DNA of 64,000 bases from Blastocystis sp. Blastoise (taxonomy: Eukaryota; Protista; Bigyra: Opalinata), in the NCBI GenBank assembly GCA_039096225.1, contig JBBPEB010000008.1, positions 62,001 through 126,000 on the forward strand. The letters are read 5' to 3'. Below are positions 54,425 through 64,000 of the stretch, in pieces; positions within the stretch are counted from its first letter, which is position 1; each line of letters begins with the position of its first letter. The notes below the pieces were generated by a model that was not told where the DNA came from, made no database searches, and was given only the letters and a program-made list of their open reading frames with translations. A program made the position numbers and the translations under genes.

Positions 54425-57400
54425 GTATAATACTATATTATATACATACCTATCGATGTAACCATTGTAATACATATCTCTTGTTCTATATGAGTAAAGC
54501 TGCTTAAATGTATTAAAAACATTAAATATGGTAGATGCTTGTCTTTTATTATTATGAACATCATCAAGCATCTTTCTAAACAATACTATTGCATGAAAAC
54601 ATGGGTATTCCTGAAATTGATAGATACCACAGTTACATGTTTTATCTCTATAGTTTACTATATATTCATCATCGATCATAACTCTACCGGCCATATTATT
54701 ATCGTCATAATTGTAATGATTTACTTCTGCTATAGCTTTTCCTCCAAAATCATAATTTGCTTGAAAATAATCCAAAAACGTATTATCACTTGTTTTATTA
54801 ATAGTAGATAACTGATAAGCATGACCATAATTATATATCTCAATTAACATCTTATGTACTGGAAGTCTTCTAAGATCATATATAGCATTATTAAATGATT
54901 CAGCAGGGCTGGAAGCTATATAGCCAAATCTTCTAATCCTTCTATTATTAATATCTATATTATATAATCCGTTATCTCTATATTTCTCAATGTTATCCAT
55001 TTCATGTTTTGTAAGATGAGCTTCCTCTATTATTTCTTCCCAATCCATGATGTTATCAGCTAGTATTAATTGTGGCAATATAGTAGCAAGGGTGCTTCCT
55101 TTTCGACATATCTTCTTCATTACATGGAAAGCACATGAAAAGGATACACAATTTGGGAATATGGAATATATACTATTTTTAAGTCCCTTATCCATATCAG
55201 AAAAAAATGATATATTATCTATATTACAATTCTGCTCTTCTAATGATATCTTTAAGTGTTTTTGAAAATTGGTCCATGTTGCAGTACATTCTACAGCATA
55301 TAAACCAAAGGCTAGTAGAAGTATCTTTCTTTCAATCGTAATTGTTACAGCAGTTAATATGGTTTGTTTTGATCTCGTTATATGAGTACCATCAAGGAAT
55401 ATAATTGGCTGGTCTATCTTGTTATACAACTCTATATTTGATTTAAGACTTACGAAGTAATATAAGAATTCTGGTATACTATCTTGTCCTTTAGTAGTTT
55501 CTTTACTGTTATCTGCTTGATTATTCTCCATGGAGATACTACAACCCAATAGGTCTTCATCAAATTTATCGTTAGTATCAAATGACATATTATTAGATCT
55601 ATAAATATTATTATTATATGTATCCATTATTCCATTAGAAGACTCTACTTCTTTACTATAATCATCAAAATTTATATTATTATATGCTTCTTCTGATTTA
55701 TAGGATACTGATGAAGGTAATACGCCATATGAAACATGGTTTCCTTTCTTTTTCATTATTTCTAATATACCAGGTATAAGGTTATACTTGTTCTCACATT
55801 TTATGCCAATTGATTTTAAAACTGAACGACATATACTATTTGTTATATTCATTCCCTGGGAAGTCAGATATTTCTCCAACTGAACAGTTGATTTAAAGTA
55901 ATTGGTTAGATTCTTCTCTTTTAAGTATTCAACAATTGATGTAGATGACATTTGGTTTTTAATAGAACGTAGATTCTTCTTATGAAAAACTATATTAATA
56001 CTTGGTTTTGTACATATTTCCTTAAAACGTTCCAAAGTGATTCCATGAAGAAGTTCCTCATTAGAAAATATCCTTACAGACCTTTCATTATCACTACTTG
56101 TAGCTATTCCGATAGATTCATCAATTTTCATCATTTCATCAATAGTTATTGATTGTTGATTATCAGCACTAGACGCATTAATGTGCTTTAAAATAATATC
56201 ATCTAGAACAGCTATAGAAAGAAGTAATAGAAATAATATATACATATTAAAATTTAATATATAGATAAAAAGAATTAAAAAAAATTGGATAATAAGACAC
56301 TATGAATATATATATATAATGAATAATAATATATATCTATAGAATGAGAATAAGAATATATATATATATAATGAATAATAAGAAAGAATAATAAGAATAT
56401 ATATATATATATATATATAATGAATAATAAGAAAGAATAATAAGAATATATATATATATAATGAATAATAAGAAAGAATAATAAGATAATACAAGCGTTT
56501 CACGACTGGCTACGCCAGCCTACGCTTGAGTTTAGATAATTATTATCTCTCAAATGTTATATCTTACATTGAATTTTAAAAAATGAATATTTATTCTTAT
56601 GTTTTTGTTATTCATTTCTGTTTTTATTTTTTTTTAGGATTAAAACTATTTTATATTTTATAAAATATTATTTCAATTGCTTTTAATTGTTATCTTCTAA
56701 TCTTAATTTTCAATTTAGTATTTTAAATAATTTAATTCATACATATTGATAATTCTTACTTAACATTCTATATGTTTTTGAGTATTATTTCCTTTTTTTT
56801 TTAATATTCTTTTTAGCCATTTTTATTATTGATTATATATATTTATTGTTTATCAATGATAATTAATTAACTCTTGTGTTTTATTTTTGATCTTATTTCT
56901 ATTTCTATTTCTATTTCTATTTCTATTTCTATTTCTATTTCTATTTCTATTTCTATTTCTATTTCTATTTCTATTTCTATTTCTATTTCTATTTCTATTT
57001 CTATTTCTATTTCTATTTCTATTTCTATTTCTATTTCTATTTCTATTTCTATTTCTATTTCTATTTCTATTTCTATTTCTATTTCTATTTCTATTTCTAT
57101 TTCTATTTCTATTTCTATTTCTATTTCTATTTCTATTTCTATTTCTATTTCTATTTAGTTTTTAGTTTTCAATATTAATTCACTTTTCTTTGTTATTTCA
57201 TTTATAACTTTCTATGTATTTTATCAATTCATTTAGTTTTATAAATATTTAGTATTTTAAATAATATCAATATGATTATAAAATACTTTTTCTTTTAAAA
57301 CATATTATTATCACTTATACCCTACCTTTAAATATTTATGTTTTATTTGAATTAGTCTATATAATTATTATTGTGAGAAATAGCTTATTCTCTTGTCTAA

Positions 57401-60400
57401 AAAAATATTATATATTCTTTTTTATTCTTTTCATATATTGTTTTGTTTTATTTTTAAAATATTATAATTTTGATATCTATTTGTTTTTTTATATTTTATC
57501 CTTTCCTTTTATATATACTATTATATAAATATTTTAGAAATTTTATTATACAGCTTTTCTCAATTAATAAATGTTTAATTATATAAATAGTAATCATATC
57601 TTGATATTATTTGATAAATATTATAATTTTTCTTTTATTATACTTATTTTAGTTTGAATTATTAACACAAAAGTACTCTTAATAATTAAAAGATATTTAT
57701 TACTTTATATAATAAACAAAAAAATTAGAGTTTTATTTTAATATTTATCATTAATAGAATTTATTCGTTATAAGTAAAAGAGAATATTTATAGAGAAATT
57801 ATCTTTTCATTATTTAAAATTAATTAATTCAAATTTAATTCAATTTTTATAGTGTTATCAAAATCATTCTAGAAATAAGAAATAAAAACTAAAATATAAA
57901 ACAAAAATTACATTTCATTTCATAACTAAATAGATTTAAATACTTTGGAAACTTTACCTATTATACATACAATATAGCTTCTAAAACAAATAAGTTATCA
58001 TAAAAAAACTCTAAAAGACTGAACGTTTTTAAATACATATACTCACTTTTATTTTAACTAATTTTATATTCATATACATATATATTTGATTTATTATTTT
58101 AATTTGTAAAAAATAACTTGAATCTCTTTTGTTTAAAGTCACAATTACAAAAAATGAGTTCTTTTGAAAGACAAAAAACATTCTTTAAACAATAATAATT
58201 TTGTATTTAGTGACATAAAAACGTATTATACTGTTTTAGAAACAATTAAAATCATTTTACCCATTTTAACACTCCTATCAAACAGTCAACCATGTTTAAT
58301 TAAACTAATTTTTAATATTTTATATTCTATAATAGGTCTATTTATTATTTTTATAAAAGGTAACTTGAATCTCTTGACATAACTATTGTAATTCTAAAGA
58401 ATCAAATTTTTAAACAACTTAAAATGTTTATTTATTGTAGATTTTAATATGAAATACTCTAAAAACACTCAATATATACTTATTGTAACCATTTTAGAAA
58501 AATAGACTCATTTTAACATTTTGGTCAAACACACAACCACCTTTATTTCAAACAATTCTTTTATTATTATAAACATTAAACACTCTAATACTCATTTTTA
58601 TAAAAAGTGTATTGAATCTCTTCACTTAAGACAGTCAAACAGACAATTCAAAATTATTTTACACTTTAAACTCATTATAAAGTGATAATATTTATAGAAT
58701 TGCTTTGATATGTGATTTAGGACACATTGAACTACTTTTTATAAAATTATGAGTCAACATTTCCAGTTTGTCACTCACTCGTCAACTCCACTTTTGACCA
58801 TTTTTTTGAGAAACGTAATACATATAAGGTCTAGTTTTCAAATATGTAAAAATTAATTGTCAAATATGAATTTGATTTGTCAACTTTCGGAAAATTTTTA
58901 GAAAAACGATTTTTCAATTTTCAGTTTTTTAACATGTTATACTATTGACGCTACTGAACTTATTTCTTAATTAATTTTAAATATTAAAAATTATATTATT
59001 AATATGTTTTATTCTCTATATTAATTTGTTAAAATTATTTAAAATAATTAAATATTGACTGAGAAATTAAAACCATAAACTATACCCTTTTTTCAAAAAT
59101 TAATTTTTTTATGTTTTGCATATATAATTTTTTATCTCAAAAGTTATTTTATATTTTGATAATATTTTTATAAATATATAAACTATAGGTTGTCTAGTTT
59201 ATAAATAAGATTTATTTATTTTATTTAAATTAATATTGATGGAGAAATTGTCAAAATAAACTATAGTATCAAAAATGCTTTCTTCTTTTTAAACGACTTA
59301 TTTCACTAATTAAAGACAATTAAAAACAAATTTATTTATTTTAAGCTTATTTATGACATATACAACTCATAAAGACTCATAACTAACTTTTTAAGACAAA
59401 CATTGTCTGTATCAGTTCAACATGTTGTCTTAACTTTTTCAAATAAGTCACGTACAGTGTCTATGAGTGGTTCTAAACACGTATTAAAACGTTTTAAGAG
59501 TTTATTGAGTTAACATTGTCTGGTGATCTGTTGTCAAAGTCTTTTAAAAACAAAATAAAATTGTAAAATATGTTTATTTTGGTATGTAGTTTTTAAATAT
59601 GAAGTCAAATGTCAAATAAAATTGTTAATGATGAAAATATAAACAAAAAACAAATGAAAACTTTTTAAGAAAATTTTTTGAAAGTCATTTTTTATTGAGT
59701 TCAACTATTGACTCTTGTCACCTGAGTTTTCAATTAATTAAAAAAATGAAAAATATGTATCTGCTATGACATGTCTAGTTTCTAAATATGTTCTAACTTT
59801 TTTATTTTATTAAGAATTGATTGAGAAATCACAATAACAAACTATACCCTTTTTTTGAAAATTTTCATTTTTATGTTTTTCATATAAATGAATGTTTCTC
59901 AGTCAATATTAAATATTTAGATAAAATAAAAAATATGTATCTGCAATAGCTTATCTTAATTATAATTATACTTTTATTTTTAAAAAATATCCAAAACTCA
60001 AGGAGAAAGACGAATAACAAACTATACTATCAAAACATCAAAATTTCTATTATCAAATATTTTCTTATTAAAACTTTTTAAACAACTAAAAGATATACTT
60101 ATGACATGTATTGATTCTAAATAACTTGAATAAACTCAAATAAGTTTATAAAGAAGGAATGTGTCGGATATCAGTTTGACTTTTGTTGTTATTTAAAGGA
60201 ATTATTGTTGTTTCAGAGTAGTTGAGGTCAGTATCATAACAACTGAAACCATTTTAGAGTTTAAAGTTAGTAATGTGTGTATTGATATGTTGTCAAGTTG
60301 TAAATATAAACAAATTTACCCGTCAAAACTATTTATAAGACTAATCCGTCAATAAAAGTCAATTTTATAAAAATAAATATAGAGTATGTGAGTAGATATA

Positions 60401-63384
60401 AGAAAAATAAGAAAAAAATAAAAAATGAAAAACGAAAAATAAGTGTTTTTATAAAAATGAAAAATATTGGATAAAATAAAAATAATCCAATAATTTTGGT
60501 TAAAATTTTGTGCGAAAATGGTTTTTTGCGATTTTTAGCCAGAAATTTAGAGTTTTTGAAAAATTTCTTTAACAGTCATTTTTAGAATTGTGTTCCGGTT
60601 TTTATGATGTTATTTTTATTTTATAAAAGTTAATAACAAAGTCAATAATGGTGAAAGTGTGTGAGACACCGTACTTTTGGGCTGCTAAATTAAGGATATT
60701 AATATATATATAATGAATAATAAGAAAGAATAATAAGAAAGAATAATAAGAATATATATATATATATAATGAATAGTAAGAAAGAATAATAAGAAATAAT
60801 AATGAATATATATAAATATATAATGAATAGTAAGAAAGAATAATAAGAAAGAATAATAAGAATATAAATATATAATGAATAGTAAGAAAGAATAATAAGA
60901 AATAATAATGAATATATATAAATATATAATGAATAATAAGAAAGAATAATAAGAAATAATAATGAATATATATAAATATATAATGAATAGTAAGAAAGAA
61001 TAATAAGAAAGAATAATAAGAATATAAATATATAATGAATAGTAAGAAAGAATAATAAGAAAGAATAATAAGAATATATATATATATATAATGAATAGTA
61101 AGAAAGAATAATAAGAATATATATATATATATAATGAATAGTAAGAAAGAATAATAAGAATATATATATATAATGAATAATAAGAAAGAATAATAAGAAT
61201 ATATATATATAATGAATAGTAAGAAAGAATAATAAGAAATAATAATGAATATATATAAATATATAATGAATAATAAGAAAGAATAATAAGAAATAATAAT
61301 AAGAATATATATATATAATGAATAGTAAGAAAGAATAATAAGAAAGAATAATAAGAATATATATATATATAATGAATAGTAAGAAAGAATAGTAAGAAAG
61401 AATAATAAGAATATATATATATATAATGAATAATAAGAAAGAATAATAAGAATATATATATATATATATAATGAATAATAAGAAAGAATAATAAGAAATA
61501 ATAATGAATATATATAAATATATAATGAATAGTAAGAAAGAATAATAAGAAATAATAATGAATATATATAAATATATAATGAATAGTAAGAAAGAATAAT
61601 AAGAAAGAATAATAAGAATATATATATATAATGAATAGTAAGAAAGAATAATAAGAAAGAATAATAAGAATATATATATATAATGAATAATAAGAAAGAA
61701 TAATAAGAAATAATAATGAATATATATAAATATATAATGAATAATAAGAAAGAATAATAAGAAAGAATAATAAGAATATATATATATATAATGAATAGTA
61801 AGAAAGAATAATAAGAATATATATATATATATAATGAATAGTAAGAAAGAATAATAAGAATATATATATATATATAATGAATAGTAAGAAAGAATAATAA
61901 GAATATATATATATAATGAATAATAAGAAAGAATAATAAGAATATATATATATAATGAATAGTAAGAAAGAATAATAAGAAAGAATAATAAGAATATATA
62001 TATATAATGAATAGTAAGAAAGAATAATAAGAAAGAATAATAAGAATATATATATATAATGAATAGTAAGAAAGAATAATAAGAAAGAATAATAAGAATA
62101 TATATATATAATGAATAGTAAGAAAGAATAATAAGAAATAATAATGAATATATATAAATATATAATGAATAGTAAGAAAGAATAATAAGAAAGAATAATA
62201 AGAATATATATATATATAATGAATAATAAGAAAGAATAATAAGAATATATATATATATATATAATGAATAATAAGAAAGAATAATAAGAAATAATAATAA
62301 GAATATATATATATAATGAATAATAAGAAAGAATAATAAGAATATACATATATAATGAATAGTAAGAAAGAATAATAAGAAAGAATAATAAGAATATATA
62401 TATATAATGAATAGTAAGAAAGAATAATAAGAAATAATAATGAATATATATAAATATATAATGAATAATAAGAAAGAATAATAAGAAAGAATAATAAGAA
62501 TATATATATATATAATGAATAATAAGAAAGAATAATAAGAATATATATATATATAATGAATAGTAAGAAAGAATAATAAGAATATATATATATATATAAT
62601 GAATAATAAGAAAGAATAATAAGAATATATATATATATATAATGAATAGTAAGAAAGAATAATAAGAATATATATATATAATGAATAATAAGAAAGAATA
62701 ATAAGAATATATATATATATAATGAATAGTAAGAAAGAATAATAAGAAAGAATAATAAGAATATATATATATATATAATGAATAGTAAGAAAGAATAATA
62801 AGAATATATATAAATATATAATGAATAGTAAGAAAGAATAATAAGAATATATATATATAATGAATAATAAGAAAGAATAATAAGAATATAAATATATAAT
62901 GAATAGTAAGAAAGAATAATAAGAAAGAATAATAAGAATATATATATATATAATGAATAGTAAGAAAGAATAATAAGAATATATATATATATAATGAATA
63001 GTAAGAAAGAATAATAAGAATATATATAAATATATAATGAATAGTAAGAAAGAATAATAAGAATATATATAAATATATAATGAATAGTAAGAAAGAATAA
63101 TAAGAATATATATATATATATAATGAATAGTAAGAAAGAATAATAAGAATATATATATATATATAATGAATAGTAAGAAAGAATAATAAGAAAGAATAAT
63201 AAGAATATATATAAATAATAAGAAAGAATAATAAGAATATATATATATATATAATAAGAGTATATATATATATATATATATATACCTTTTGGAATAGACT
63301 TAATGTCTATTTTATTTTCTTTGTTTAGAGATATATATATATTATTATTCTTATTACATATCTATATATTTATATTTGTAAATC

Positions 63385-63426
<42 letters not shown>

Positions 63427-63813
63427 CTTCACTTTTATGTTTTCTATATTTTTTTAATATGAATCCTCTAATATTATTTCCTCTATAGTGAAGGTAGAAT
63501 CCACAATCACTAAAAGGGCAAATAATAGTTATTTCGCTTTTATTTGATTTTTTAATTTTATATGAGTATCCTTTATCTTGAAGTTTTGTACTTATATCTT
63601 TTATTAATTCTTGTTTTGTTTGATATATTGTTTTAATAGAGTATAAATTATTAATCTCGAATTCTAACATATCTTCTCGACTTGTAAATTCATCATAACA
63701 AACTGATTCCATGTTTTCATTCTGAATACTATTTACATCATCAACATCATTAACCTGAATCTAGTGAAAGTGAGTTTAAAATATGTTATAAATACATTAT
63801 TTTGAGTCTCCAT
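54016..63813 (-). CDS. Mutator-like (MULE) DDE transposase, about 852 aa, 5 exons (63813-63796, 63760-63428, 63361-63286, 56211-54450, 54385-54016)
   Basis: MuDR/WRKY-like DNA-binding domain (YKIKKSNK...CPFSDCGF...KHKSE|IC), catalytic IFLDGTH, FFSDMDKGL, CAFH and SPAESFNN, SWIM finger CNC...PCFH, C-terminal GRP. Splice phases 0, 0, 1, 2 all match; 2559 nt in frame. Confidence 0.88.
56490..60690. mobile_element. Putative 4.2-kb non-autonomous insertion within the transposase intron, possibly Helitron/Helentron-like
   Basis: The same minisatellite flanks both sides (56300-56485 and from 60703); GC-rich nested hairpin at the left end; no coding capacity. Family assignment is weak. Confidence 0.45.
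56894..57156. repeat. (CTATTT)n microsatellite
   Basis: Pure hexamer array. Confidence 0.95.
60703..63255. repeat. 2.5-kb intronic minisatellite, unit about TAATGAATA(A/G)TAAGAAAGAATAATAAGAA(TA)n
   Basis: Dozens of length-variable units; the same unit occurs at 56300-56485. Confidence 0.95.
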
Positions 63814-64000
63814 GTTTTCTAAACTATTACGTTATAAAAAACTTTAAAAATGAAATAACAAAAAAATATTCTAAACATAAAAAAAATATTTCTCTGTTTT
63901 TATAAAAGAATCATTTTTGCGTTGTGTTTTCTTTTTAAAAAAAGTAATAAATCAATAAATGACTTAGTCCAACACACATTTCATTAGTAAAAAATTGTCT

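Noticed and set aside
56874-57165. Poly-IS and poly-FL ORFs
   Set aside because: Translations of the (CTATTT)n microsatellite.
60685-62349. 554-aa ORF, and a CRISPR-like look of the repeat array
   Set aside because: It is a translation of a minisatellite; there are no unique spacers or cas genes, and the context is a eukaryotic intron.

Overview
Very AT-rich, intron-containing eukaryotic DNA in the standard genetic code. The gene families (BTB-like/TLDc proteins, He_PIG/discoidin surface proteins) and the short GT-AG introns suggest a Blastocystis-like gut protist; this assignment is inference. From left to right: (1) a restriction-like-endonuclease (RLE) non-LTR retrotransposon with one ORF of at least 2,537 codons, missed by the ORF track because it runs off the window, whose ATG is about 30 nt downstream of a co-oriented tRNA-Lys(UUU); (2) a BCH/Sec14-RhoGAP gene, a low-complexity gene and a TLDc gene; (3) two head-to-head genes for surface proteins of about 2,500 aa with divergent N-termini, whose 3' halves lie in a 4.59-kb inverted repeat (16549-21137 / 32036-36624) that ends inside a truncated TLDc copy at a GGTTAGGGTTAGGG telomere-like junction; (4) a gene-poor block of about 17 kb with oppositely polarised GA and CT tracts, an AT-rich core and two homologous 68-nt non-canonical tRNA-like cloverleaves showing compensatory base changes; (5) an apparently intact 5-exon Mutator (MULE) transposase gene whose 7-kb intron is a minisatellite interrupted by a 4.2-kb hairpin-ended insertion rich in GTCAA/TTGAC motifs. 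Exon models and motif counts were worked out by hand and need confirmation.
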